A DNA stretch of 64,000 nt, from contig CDRNVI010000007.1 of NCBI GenBank assembly GCA_977017575.1, positions 248,001-312,000 on the forward strand, read 5' to 3'. The position numbers and the translations under genes were made by a program. The notes beneath the pieces are model-generated. The model was not told the DNA's origin. It saw nothing but the letters and a program-made list of their open reading frames with translations, and ran no database searches. The stretch comes from Paramoeba atlantica. Taxonomy: Eukaryota; Protista; Discosea. Below, piece after piece: positions 30,353 to 41,726 of the stretch (position 1 is the first letter of the stretch; each line of letters begins with the position of its first letter).

Positions 30353-32023
30353 ATGTTTGCGGAGGAACGTTCCCAATTCGTACGCGAAGTTATAGGCTTT
30401 AAAGGAAACGTAGAAGTACACAGCAAAAAGCTTATTGCAACTGATGAAGAGTTTAATAGCTCTACGAACTATGTTCTTATAGGAACGAAAAAGAATTTGT
30501 GCGAAGAATCTTTCTTTGCATCTTTGCCAGCATTTATACAGGAGGAAAAGGATCTGTACACGCACATCGTTCACAAGACTGAGGTAAAATCTTCTCAAAA
30601 ATTCTACTTGAAAAAGAACCATGAATCATTCATATGTGTAACAATCCTTTGTATTTCCGATGAAAGCTCGAGAAATAATTGTCCTTCACGTCCTGATATT
30701 GTCACTTCCCTCCTCAGGTCATCGAATGTAGGAGATTCCGGCACGAATGGAACTTCTTCTGAAGTTTCTTGTGCACCAAAAAATTGTGTTGTACTTTGTG
30801 CCTGTATAGTCCCTCACTTGTCCGAAGACTCTCAAACAACGCCGTACCTCAGTCTTGTATGTGCCGTGGCGAAGAGTTTCTCGCGATTTTCTGTCAAAGG
30901 TAAAGAGAACGCTTTTCTAGAAAAGAAATCTCCAGCACGCGTGCTACTAGGCCTTATTAATATTGGGAACTCCACGTCAGCGGAGGAAAGCACTCCGAAC
31001 TGTGCTGCACTGAATCACGCCGCGTATGCATGCCAATTATGCATGATTCTAGGTGATGCTCCCCCCAATTTACTTGATACAACGACATTCTCTGAAATCA
31101 TACAAGGCCTCTCCGGGACGCATGGATTTCACGTGAGGCAAAACATTGCGGGGGAGGACTTAATTCCAGCGAAGCTCACCGGGCTGTACAACGTAGGGAA
31201 GGCCGGCACAGAGCCCCCACGGTTTCTGGTTCTGGAACATCAAGGAGGGGAGGAATCTGAAAAGCCTGTGGTGTTCGTTGGCAAAGGCATCATATACGAC
31301 GCAGGTGGATTGGCAATTAAGCCTGCTGCAAATATGGTCAACATGAAATGCGACATGTGTGGAGCGGCTGCTGCGTTTTGTGCGTTTCTAGCAGCTGCAC
31401 TGAGCAAATCGTCGCAGCGAGCCTACTCTGTACTTTCTTTGGCAGAAAATGCAGTGGGGCCTCTTTCCTATCGCAACGATGACATTATCAAACTGCATTG
31501 TGGTCTCAGCGTGGAGGTAAATAACACCGACGCGGAGGGAAGAATTGTACTTGCGGACGCCATATCCTACGCAACAACGTATCTTGACCCTTCCTTGGTC
31601 ATCGACCTGGCTACGCTAACGGGCGCTCAGAGTTTTGCTACAGGTGTCAAACATAGCGGAATCTACACAAATTTGGACACAACAGAACGAGATGTTTTTC
31701 GTGCTGGAAGACAGAGTGGAGATTTGTGCTTCCCATTTTTGTACTGCCCAGAGTTCCTGGACGATCAGTTTGACAGCAAAGTTGCAGATCTGAAAAACAG
31801 CGTTAAAGATCGTGCTACAGCATCATCGGCTGCTGCAGGTCGATTCTTAGAAAAGGCTTTGAGCAAACAATACAAAGGTCCCTTTGTGCATCTAGATATT
31901 GCAGCTCCAGCTTTTCGTTCCGATCGAGCCACTGGGTATGGTGTGGCCCTGTTGCTAGAGTTGTGCTTTAAAAAGGATTTTTCGAATTTAATGCGACCCG
32001 CCAAGATGTTGAAAAGGTCTTAG
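30353..32023 (+). CDS. M17 leucyl aminopeptidase family, NPEPL1-like
   Basis: VFVGKGIIYDAGGLAIK, MKCDMCGAAA, VEVNNTDAEGRIVLADA, DLATLTGAQ, VHLDIAAP. Confidence 0.92.
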   Translation: MFAEERSQFVREVIGFKGNVEVHSKKLIATDEEFNSSTNYVLIGTKKNLCEESFFASLPAFIQEEKDLYTHIVHKTEVKSSQKFYLKKNHESFICVTILCISDESSRNNCPSRPDIVTSLLRSSNVGDSGTNGTSSEVSCAPKNCVVLCACIVPHLSEDSQTTPYLSLVCAVAKSFSRFSVKGKENAFLEKKSPARVLLGLINIGNSTSAEESTPNCAALNHAAYACQLCMILGDAPPNLLDTTTFSEIIQGLSGTHGFHVRQNIAGEDLIPAKLTGLYNVGKAGTEPPRFLVLEHQGGEESEKPVVFVGKGIIYDAGGLAIKPAANMVNMKCDMCGAAAAFCAFLAAALSKSSQRAYSVLSLAENAVGPLSYRNDDIIKLHCGLSVEVNNTDAEGRIVLADAISYATTYLDPSLVIDLATLTGAQSFATGVKHSGIYTNLDTTERDVFRAGRQSGDLCFPFLYCPEFLDDQFDSKVADLKNSVKDRATASSAAAGRFLEKALSKQYKGPFVHLDIAAPAFRSDRATGYGVALLLELCFKKDFSNLMRPAKMLKRS

Positions 32024-32578
32024 CTCTAGCACGAGAGGCTTTTTTACAATCGCTTGCTTCTTTTTTATCGAAATCGAAAGTTCCAAATATTATGAATCGT
32101 AAGTGTGCGAAGCACAGACGTGTAATTCCACGTAGGTTTCATATTCTAAAATGAGGTTAAAACGATTTGGAGCTGGACGAAGTCGATGCATCTCCTGGCA
32201 GTTTTGATAGAATCTGTTCTGATATTAGGTTCAACTTTCAAATATTGACACATGGCTTAACGTGCTAATGTGTTCTTTAAGAGCTATTTATATTCAAGTG
32301 TTTTAATAAGCAGTACAGAAAAAACTGCGAGTTTCGAAATTATTGTAATATTCTTGTAATGACTTAAAGAACTTAATGTCCTTAAAGAACATCCACGAAA
32401 GAGTTTGGAATGTAAAAATGACTGATTTTAAGTGAATGTGTTTCAAAAACAATCAGCGAAACAGTTTCTCTCATCAACTAATTGCAATTTGTTTTATAAA
32501 GTTTTCCAAGCCGCGCATGTTTTCCTGTTAAAGAACGGGCGTGAGGTATCGGACTTTTGGGAACTTTTAAACTTCGAA

Positions 32579-35500
32579 ATGAACGGTGCAATTGAAGTTA
32601 ATGTTACGATTCAAGGAACTGGTGAAAAGAATATCGAATCAAGTTCAAAGACGAACTACATACGGACAACAAAATACACCCTATGGAGCTTTCTTCCTTT
32701 GCAGATATACCACCAGCTATGTATTTTGTCCAATATTTTCTTCTTATTGACTAGTGTTTTAGCTTTTCTTCCCGGTATATCTCCTCTAGATCCTATCACG
32801 GCAACGTTACCGCTTATATTTGTTCTTGTGGTTGCAATTTTGCGAAATGCTTATGAGGAATATCAACGTTACCGAGCAGACAAATCAGCCAATTCGGCAC
32901 CCATTTCTCTCTTCTCGCGACAACTTCAGAGCAGTGAAACCGAGTTGAACTTGCCTCTTAATCACAATCTGTATCATGCTTCCTCATCTGATTTGCGGGT
33001 GGGAGACGTCATTCTTCTCCGAAAAAATGGAGAAATTATGGCTGACGTTGCCATGCTTTACTCTTCTGGAAACGATAACATCGCTTATATTGACACATCC
33101 CATTTAGACGGGGAGGCTACAGTTAAGCTTCGCAGAGGAAAAAAGTGGTTTAACGATAAGATGCTTTCGTACTCAAGTAAAATACTCGACGACAATTCAC
33201 ATTCGAATGCAAACAAGGAATACGGGGATTTCCCGACAGAATTACAACTAAAACAGCTTTATGAAGTATTGCACTCATGCTCTATGAGGTTTCGCGTCGA
33301 AGCCCCGAGTCCAACATTAATGTTTTGGAATGGTCTTCTTGAAGCACAAGGTAAAACCTTCTCTCTCACAGTGGAAAATTTGTTATACCGCGGATCTGTT
33401 TTACGGCACACGTCTTGGGTCGTCGGTGTCGTCGTATACACCGGATGGGATACCAAACTGTTCCGAAATCTAAAGCCCTCACGTCCTCCAAAAGTCTCAT
33501 CTCTAGACAAGAAATTAAATTTTACACTTGCATTTATTCTTCTGCTCCATCAAATCTTGCTTACAGCCCTTGCGTTAACTGCCGCAAAGAAGGAGAGTGT
33601 TATGTCAACGAATGCCTGGTATATCTACCCGACGGGTGAGGCACATAATATCATGAATCGAAATGCTTTCGTCGATTTTATTTCCCGATACATGACGTAC
33701 TTTGTGCTTTTGAGTTACATGATACCAGTTTCACTTTTCGTTACCCTCGAAGTATGCAAAGCGGTACAAGGTTATTACATAAATCAAGATCCGGAGTTAT
33801 CATTTTGTGACAAAGTTTCTGGATACACAAGACAATCTCTCGCCCGTACAACGAACCTGAATGAACAGCTCAGTCAAGTTAAGCATGTATTTACGGATAA
33901 GACTGGAACCCTCACTGAAAATGTAATGCATTACGTAGGTGGGACTATTCAAAATGCATATTGCATGGAAACTGTCAGCAGAGCTTCCTCTAGGAGAGAT
34001 ACGAATGATTCTGGAGGACGTTCCCCAGGTGGTTCAGTGCGTTGTCCGGCCAATAATTCCATTCTTATACGTCCTGATAGAAATCTCTCGATAGGAAAGC
34101 TTTTGAGGACTCCAAGCACCTTAAAGCACTCTCCTTTGCCCATGAATGACACGATATTTGAATCTCCAATAAAAATCACGATCGCATGCGAGAGCTTGTA
34201 TTGGCGATCCCTAGCACTCTGCAATCAGGTGCTGCCATTACCAAAGGGATTAAATCGTGCTGTTCTTCAAGAAAACAAGAACTCGTCCTCGCTATCTGAC
34301 AGCCGAATTTTTCGCGCTCTCTTTCGGCTTTGGGATATTTTTCTACAAATAGCATGTGTGAGTACTTACAAGCGCCATGAGGAAACAGTACATCAATCGC
34401 TGCCTTCTACAGAGGATTTAAAGGACGAGCGTTACCCCCGAGAGTTAGCATTTGAGGGGCATTCTCCGGATGAGATAGCGCTAGTCAAAGGAGCGGCTAA
34501 CCATGGCGTAACTCTCATACATCGAGATGAATTTATAAGTACCGTAGCGGTGGAAGCTGGTGAAATTTGGGAGAATTCTCCAGTTTTTGAAGCACATGAA
34601 AAAAGAATTAACGGTCAGATCGAAAGTGCTGCAGCATTCCTTAGCTCGAGTTTTTCATACAAATTTGAAAAGTATGTACGAGTGGCGGAACTTGAGTTTA
34701 CCCCTCAGCGGAAGATGATGTCCACTGTGTTAAGAGACCCGAACGGTCGTCTGATTATGTTTACTAAAGGAGCCGATAGTTCCGTGTTACCGATCATTTT
34801 TCCTTGTGAAAATGAAGAACACCCATCACCACAGGGTAGAGCAATTGACGTAACAAGACAGGCGCTTCATGAATTTGGCACTTGTGGACTCCGAACTTTG
34901 GTTTTCGCATACAAATATCTTGAAGAGGATGATTTTTCTATATGGGATGCCTCCTACCAGGATGCTCTTCAAACACTTGACACTGTAGAGCGTCAAGAAA
35001 AAATAGATCTTTGCTGCAAGAGTCTCGAAAAGGATATGTCATTGCTTGGAACAACGGCAATAGAAGATAGATTACAGGACGGGGTCCCAGAGACAATAAA
35101 ATCTCTAAGGCAAGCAGGAATCGATGTGTGGTTATTGACAGGTGATATGCGTGAAACTGCACTCAATGTAGCATCACAGAGTGGTTTGGTGAATTGGGAA
35201 ACGGACGACATCATTCACGTTGGAGCCGAAAATTCAAAGCACGAAAGCATGTCAAAAAAAATTGAACCGCTTTTGCCGCAAGAAAGAAACGGGAATGAGT
35301 GCTCTTTTGATGGTGTTCAGAAACAATTAGAAGATATTTGCAAGACGTACCCTGTTCGCTCCATAAACAAGTGTCAAATTTACGACGAAAATCTGTCCTA
35401 CGTAGATGACGAGCTGAAGACATGTTTAGGAGGTGTTTGTCTCGTGGTTAATGGACCATCAGTGCAATTTATTATCGAAAATCATTTAAGGCTTCTCCTT

Positions 35501-36598
35501 GACGTGAGCCGCCGTATCAGTTCAGTTGTATGCTGTAGACTAACTCCACTTCAAAAATCCAGTCTTGTCCGTGCAATCCAAAGAGGATTACATACGCCAG
35601 CACAAGGAAAACGTAGATTTTCTCTCGATCAGACTTGCGAACCTTCTAGTACCCCTTGTCCCCTTCATTGGCATCTATTCAAGAGGTTCATGAATCGAAT
35701 TAAAAGAATTATTGACCTAATCTTTCTTTATTATGAGCGTCATATTACAAGTTCTGACGTCACAGCCATTGCCGTTGGGGATGGCGCCAACGATGTAAGC
35801 ATGATACAAGAAGCCAAGGTTGGCATTGGCATTATGGGTCGTGAAGGTTCACAAGCTGTCTTAGCCTCTGATTATGCACTTCCTCGATTTCGGCACTTGA
35901 AGAGACTTTTGTTCGTACATGGTCGCTACGCGCTGTATCGCAACGCTACCTGTATTGGGTACTCTTTCTACAAAAACCTTCTACTTTCTTTCTGTCAAAT
36001 TTTTTATGCGTGGTTTGCAGCATGTAGCGGGACGACAATGTTTGACTCGTGGCTTCTCGTCTTCTTTAATCTTTTCTTTACCTCTCTCATTCCTCTTTCT
36101 ATGGGAATGTGACAAAAGGATCACCCTGAAGTTCTCCTTGAAAGTTACCCAAGCTTGTACGTTCCTCTGCGGGAAAGGCAGCAATACTTTAATATCGAAT
36201 CTATGATTCTATTCTGGTTATCAACCGCAGTTTTTCAAGCGCTGGTTGTGTTTGGTCTATGCTACGCTTTCATGCAACATGATGGCTTGGACTCGGCCCA
36301 TTCGTTGACATTGCAACATTATGGAACTATGGTCTTTTGCACGCTACTTGTGCTAATCCATATCCAAGCCCTTACTTACGCCAGAAAACAAGATAAAAAG
36401 CATGTCTATACGGTAATAGGAAGTTTCTTAATTTGTATAGCTGTGCTTTTGTTGTACACGAATATGCCAGTTATGACACACACCGCCAGTTTTGTATCCA
36501 TTCTCACACAACTCTCGCGACCTTTTTCAATGGTCCCATTTCTTACAACAGTACTAGGCGCACTTTTAGTTGTATTTCTCGGACCTCATTTGACATAA
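32579..36598 (+). CDS. P4-type ATPase (phospholipid flippase) interrupted by an in-frame TGA at 36110-36112
   Basis: NYIRTTKYT, HLDGEA, YMIPVSLFVTLE, TDKTGTLTEN, YEGHSPDE-like FEGHSPDE, FTKGADS, WLLTGD, AVGDGANDV, GREGSQA. The frame continues past the TGA for 161 codons of membrane helices (QKDHPEVLLESYPSLY...). Confidence 0.85.
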
Positions 36599-36973
36599 AT
36601 CGTACAAAATGTTGGAGTTTAAAGGCATTCATAAAGGCATATTTTAACACCGAAATTCCTGCAGTAGGCTTCTCCTCACCTCCAGTATCGACATCTCTAC
36701 GGGCTTAGATTAGAGACTCTAACTCTTAGAGAGAACTCTTCTACATTAGAGAACTTCTACATTAGAGACTGTAAGAGTACAGAATTTTGAGTGCACTCTT
36801 ATTTGTGACGCAAAAACTCGTGACACGAAGCAATTGAAACATATTACCATATCGTCCACATTGATATTATTTAATCACGGTGGTTGAGTTCAACTAACAA
36901 TGTGTTCTTAACTTCAACAATGCGGTCAACTAACAATTTTTCGTTCAAAACAATGAAGCGGAAGTTTTCCACA

Positions 36974-37075
36974 GTGCGGCAGTTTTCCACAGGACAAACG
37001 GTATTTCCACCTTTTTAGGCGCCTGTCTTCATGCCATAAGGGAGATACCGTTTTTCCTGTAGAAAATTGCCGCAC
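36974..37075. repeat. Inverted repeat, 31-bp arms, 40-nt spacer
   Basis: gtgcggcagttttccacaggacaaacggtat (36974-37004) versus ataccgtttttcctgtagaaaattgccgcac (37045-37075); about 3 mismatches. Confidence 0.75.
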
Positions 37076-37502
37076 CTACACTATTGGTATCTCCCTCGTC
37101 CACTTTACCTTGGGTTATACAGTAAAAACATGTTCCCAAGGACTCCTTACATCTTCCCACGTGAGGAAGTCGTCGTCTCCGCCTTCTGCCTTTTTGCCTT
37201 GCGCCTCCTCCTTCCTCTACGGCCTTTCGTATCCCACGCTTCCAGCTGAAAAAAGAATACGTATACACGGATACATATACGCATGTGGCAAATTGGGGTT
37301 TGAAAAACGTTTCCGAAGAAGGGGGTCTCGAGTCGTCCAAACGGTACGTTTTTCGTTCTTAAAACTATCAGTGTATGGTTTTGCCTTGCATTCTTTGCGA
37401 AAAAACTTTTTCCCGAAAATATTTTGTCGGGCGAAAATTATTAATATAGGATAGCGAGGGATCTCCCTCAATCAAGTAGCTTTAGAAGTAAACGTTGGAG
37501 AA

Positions 37503-38053
37503 TTACATGGCAAAGTAGGTTCTTTTTTCATGTGAGGAGCACCTGAATGTTTCTTCGCTCGTCCAAATAATTTTGGACGTTTGACTGCCATTCAATCCTT
37601 CAAAGTAATCAGCCAACCTTAAACGATTTTCTTTGTGTTGTGGAGTTAGCATTGGTTTGCGGCTGAAAACTTTAATGTATCCCGTGCTTTTTTAAAATTC
37701 TTCCCACAGTTTTCAAGCTGCACGGGAATCCATTTTTATCAATCATTCGAAACATCCATTTAAACCCTGGGCAATCAAATATCGTCGTGTTCTTCAAGTA
37801 TCTTCTTGTTCTTTTTTTCCACGAGACCAACAAGCATCTGTCGAAACCCGTCAGTATCACAAGTGTTTTCGCGTGTGTACCTCTTTCGCTTTACACCGTG
37901 TTGTACACCAGCCGTTTCTCTAAAACGATGTTACATCAAGCGCGATACAGAAGTATGGGAACAGTTCATCATTTGAACGGTTTCGCGCAAAGAGGCCCCT
38001 TGGTCCACCTCGTGAGCACAAACCAACCTAGTGGCATAAGGGATACTATTTAA
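37503..38053 (-). pseudogene. Decayed Tc1-type transposase, related to the element at 8082-8839
   Basis: IPYATRLVCAHEVDQGASLRETVQMMNCSHTSVSRLM* aligns with ASYGTRIVSAHEVHQGKSMRETACMMNCGKSNVI. It continues through frameshifts to CSLKTVGRILKKHG and SRKPMLTPQHKENRLRLADY...KIIWTSEETF, the Tc1 RKPLLT...RL.FA...W.DE pattern. Confidence 0.75.
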
Positions 38054-38507
38054 TCACGATATTATTCAATTAAGATTATTTTCGCCGAAAAAAATCCTTA
38101 AATTCGTAATTAAATAATATCCTAATTTAATACAACACTGTATTCCGAAATCCAATATTGTAGAAATTCCTAAATAAAAGAAAGCTTTGAGATTTTACGC
38201 TTTTCGTTAAACGCGGTGGTCGTTTTCAACTTTGAAGTCACTCATGCTGCGAGCTTCGCGTTGAAAACTACCTCGGCGTTTAACGAAGAGCCTAAAAAAA
38301 GAAAAATTACCTTCGACAGCCGAAGAAACTGGAAGGATTTGAACCCAAAATAGCCGGTTCGTAGCTAAAAATGGGGCCATTTTTGCGTATTTTTGTCTCA
38401 TAGCACTAAAACAGACATTTAAACCAGTACATTAAATTTTAGTAGTAATATGATCGGAGGATAAACATCAGTAAAAGAGTGTCTGTAGGTCAAGCGATGG
38501 ACAGAAT

Positions 38508-39281
38508 ATGACGCAGAAAATTTCTCACGACACGATAACTTTATCTTCCTTGACACTGCAACTGGAGTATCATTTGAACAAGTTTGAGATACTTTTGGAT
38601 CGCACCTATTCCATTTATCATGGTTTGGAAGGAGGTACTAAGACCTCTTTAATAAGCCACGAGCTCATTGTGGCAGTGGAACACGTACAAAACTATGGAA
38701 GATTATGTGATACGCTTTGCTCGCAGGTACCTGATACAATCCATCGTAAAGATCTGCGTAACGAACCAGACAGTTCTCTAGAGGGTTATTTAAACCAGCT
38801 ACAGCAACTATATTCACATCACTATTTTCTTCTGCAAAGGGCAAACAAATTGTTACCTCTCGTTGCTAGGTACACGAAAGATGATCTACATGAGACTAAT
38901 CATCATAAAAGAGAATCATGCAGTCTCACTGGAAATCCAGCGCGCATGTCAAGGCCAAAGAACTATGACGGGTTGTTGCGCACCGAAGAAACACTTCAAA
39001 AAGAAAACGCACATGAAGTAATTCAGCTTGAGTCAGACCTTAACGACCTTCATGCAATGCATACCGAAATGAAAGATTGGGTAATTACACAAGAATCAGG
39101 ATTACATGACACAAAACTAAATATCGAGCAAACAAGAGAAAATGTCGAGAAGGGGGATCGCGTACTTCGTAAATCACATGCGTCTTCTACAATTAGAAAA
39201 AAAATGTCTTACTGGATGGGAGGTATTGTCCTTATTGTGATCATAGTAATCATTCTTCTCGTAGTAATGGTTGTTCGATAA
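38508..39281 (+). CDS. Syntaxin-like t-SNARE (Qa-like) with C-terminal TM anchor
   Basis: SNARE heptad IQLESDLNDLHAMHTEMKDWVITQESGLHDTKLNIEQTRENVEKGDRVLRK followed by WMGGIVLIVIIVIILLVVMVVR. Confidence 0.85.
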   Translation: MTQKISHDTITLSSLTLQLEYHLNKFEILLDRTYSIYHGLEGGTKTSLISHELIVAVEHVQNYGRLCDTLCSQVPDTIHRKDLRNEPDSSLEGYLNQLQQLYSHHYFLLQRANKLLPLVARYTKDDLHETNHHKRESCSLTGNPARMSRPKNYDGLLRTEETLQKENAHEVIQLESDLNDLHAMHTEMKDWVITQESGLHDTKLNIEQTRENVEKGDRVLRKSHASSTIRKKMSYWMGGIVLIVIIVIILLVVMVVR

Positions 39282-39454
39282 GGTTGCTAAGAGAAATTGA
39301 TGTTCAAAAAACCGAGGGAGAAGAGGAGGAAGACATTGACAATTCAGGAGTATTTTCGAAGACATAGTTGTCCTGAAATTGTGGAGTAAAATATATTGGA
39401 GCAATTTTTTGAATTGGTGAGTCATATTCTTTAAAAAAATGATGGCATAAAAGT

Positions 39455-39536
39455 TAACATACCTGTAACAGCATAACATACCTGTAACACGATAACATAC
39501 CGGGGGGGGGGGTGTTATCCTGTAACACCGTTTATA
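39455..39536. repeat. Orphan MITE-like terminus (subterminal repeats plus G-loop hairpin)
   Basis: taacatacctgtaac x2, then ataacatacc-g(n)-gtgttat, ending ccgtttata. Same layout as the right ends of 5254-5507 and 41295-41726. No matching left end found. Confidence 0.5.
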
Positions 39537-40225
39537 CGCAAACCCTTTTCCGAAGTAGGTATGTATTTTTCCACGAACGAACGCACGCAAACCCAACACG
39601 TCCGCTACAAATACGACGAGCAACCTGCGTAGCCGGAATCTCAATTTCTTGCTCTTCCCATGAATGTGCCTCACCATCATCGCGGGGAAAGCGCTCAGTG
39701 CTCCAGTTCTGGCAATGTGCAATGTTTAAACTCTCTACTATGTATAAAAGGAAACGTGGAATTAAATCTTCTGCGTCGTCGTTTCGATTCGGGTTGTCGT
39801 GTGACATGAACCCTGAAATTTTTAATGAGTAACACAAGTCTAAGAAAAATGGTTTGCTTCTAATCAAGTCACTTTCCTTCTCTCAATTATATTCGTTGAG
39901 TACTCAGCGAAGTGTACAACACTTCATTCAGTACTCATTAAAGTGTAGAACAGTTTATTGGTCATTTTTCGTGCAAATTCAGGATGCATATACGGTATTT
40001 ATTGACGGAGGGTGAATTAGAAGCAGCATTCCGACTAAATATACATCTGAATGTTTTTTCTCGGAATTACTTATTTTTATATATATTTTAATAATTGAAG
40101 ATAGAGCGGTTGTTACGCAACCACATCAATAGTATCGTAATTAGACACGTAACGTAGTACGTCAATTCAAAACGTAATCAATCTTCGAAACGAAATCTAC
40201 ATGTACATGTATCTGCCTTTCATAC

Positions 40226-41155
40226 ATGCTTTCATACATGCTTTCACACATGCTTAGCATTCATACAGCGGATGATCAACCGCGGCCCCGTCGAGCTCAG
40301 AAGGCGCACAGATCTCTACTCCCCATAGAGCTACAGCTTGACGCCTTTCTTTCTGGCATACATGAATTGGAAACTCCTGGACTTTCGCCTCTTGGCAAGC
40401 ACTCGACATGGAACACAAGCATACCTGGGTGCAACTGGTATGGAGTTCAGTGTGATGCGTTTCAAATGGCACGTAAGATTGATTGGCGAGGTCGGCAGCT
40501 GGAAGGGACTCCTAGTTGGACACACCTTCCTGTAACACTCAGCTGGTTTCTTTTAGGCTCCAATTGGGGCATCAACAACAAATGCAACGGTGAAGTTCCA
40601 TTCGATACCCTGCCTCAAGGACTTACTCGTCTCGACCTGAGCAAAAATCAGTTTTCTGGTTATATTGGTGCAGGAGATCTCCCTAAAACGTTGACACGGC
40701 TTCTTCTCAACAATAATCATTTCACAGGAATGATAAATTGGAGTGCGCTACCCCGGAGTCTGTGCATTATTGATATCAGTGGAAATCGTCTCGATGGGAC
40801 ACTTAACTGTGCCGTCATTCCACCTAATTTACTTGGTCTTGACATATCCAATAACGAATTTGTAGGCAAGCTGGCATTGGAAGAATTTCCAACTTCATTG
40901 CTCTTATTTAAAGCGCGAAATAATTCATTTACAGGAACACCACGATTTGACAATCTTCCACCGAGGATGAAGTGCCTACAACTATGGCGTAATCGTCTCA
41001 GCGGACACGTCGATGTCTCTCGTTTGCCTCGCGGAATGAGTGAGTTGTCGCTTCAGGAAAACAATATTGAATCGTACTCTCCGCAGTCGCTTCCCAAGTG
41101 TGTTTCTTTATTTCAGAACCCCGCATGGAAATCCGGTTCGCGTGGCTTTTATTAA
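40226..41155 (+). CDS. Leucine-rich repeat protein, same family
   Basis: STWNTSIPGCNWYGVQCDAFQ cap; LPQGLTRLDLSKNQFSG and LPKTLTRLLLNNNHFTG repeats. Starts within a 12-bp tandem repeat (tttcatacatgc x3). Confidence 0.87.
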   Translation: MLSYMLSHMLSIHTADDQPRPRRAQKAHRSLLPIELQLDAFLSGIHELETPGLSPLGKHSTWNTSIPGCNWYGVQCDAFQMARKIDWRGRQLEGTPSWTHLPVTLSWFLLGSNWGINNKCNGEVPFDTLPQGLTRLDLSKNQFSGYIGAGDLPKTLTRLLLNNNHFTGMINWSALPRSLCIIDISGNRLDGTLNCAVIPPNLLGLDISNNEFVGKLALEEFPTSLLLFKARNNSFTGTPRFDNLPPRMKCLQLWRNRLSGHVDVSRLPRGMSELSLQENNIESYSPQSLPKCVSLFQNPAWKSGSRGFY

Positions 41156-41294
41156 CACTGCAATATAAGTAGAGTTTGCTTCAGTGGCCATAGTTCTAAA
41201 TACTATTAAATATTCTAAAATTCTATTTACTTCAACCGCTCTACTTTTTTTCGCTGTCCCAAAGCTACGAAAACAATAATTACTGTCCCTTTTA

Positions 41295-41726
41295 AACCAC
41301 AGTCCGGTTTAACATTCCTGTAGCTAGATAACATTCCGGGGGAGAATGTTATGATGTCCCATGCGTTTTTTAACATTCCACCCTGAAAAACCCCCGTGCC
41401 CCCCCGTGGCTTACAGGTTCATCCACTCTACCGATGAAGAGCCACCACGGGAGATTCTCAACTTTGATCCCCTACAGGGTCCTCCAGGTTTTCGCTACGA
41501 ATGTACGCTGACGGAGTACTTTAAGAAAGTTCAAGAACGCTAAGAAAGTGAAGCAAAAGAAGTCGAAGCGATGGGCGAAGAGGAAGATACATAATAAATG
41601 AAGTTATTTTTCCTTTCAAAAAAATACCTCAAAAAATTATCTTGAAAATTTAACATTCCTGTAGCTCCTTAACATTCCTGTAGCTACTTAGCATTCCCCC
41701 CCGGAATGTTAAACCGGACTGTGGTT
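41295..41726. mobile_element. MITE-like element, 432 bp, perfect 24-bp TIRs, TA TSD
   Basis: TA|aaccacagtccggtttaacattcc (41295-41318) ... ggaatgttaaaccggactgtggtt (41703-41726)|TA. Internal direct repeats aacattcctgtagct x3. Carries a 60-codon ORF (41361-41543). Confidence 0.85.

Noticed and set aside
36953-36995. SECIS-like AUGAA...GA stem downstream of the P4-ATPase (Sec at 36110?)
   Set aside because: Helix has mismatches, the 3' GA is out of register, there is no apical AA, and the UGA position is not a redox site. It overlaps a repeat better explained as an inverted-repeat arm.
39532-39867. Minus-strand 111-aa ORF next to the orphan MITE end
   Set aside because: No recognisable motif, antisense to the cluster, and no supported start.
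41311-41690. CRISPR-like array from repeated aacattcctgtagct (and similar repeats at 5270-5480, 39455-39500)
   Set aside because: Repeats are 13-15 bp, irregularly spaced, inside TIR-bounded elements in a eukaryotic context, with no cas genes.
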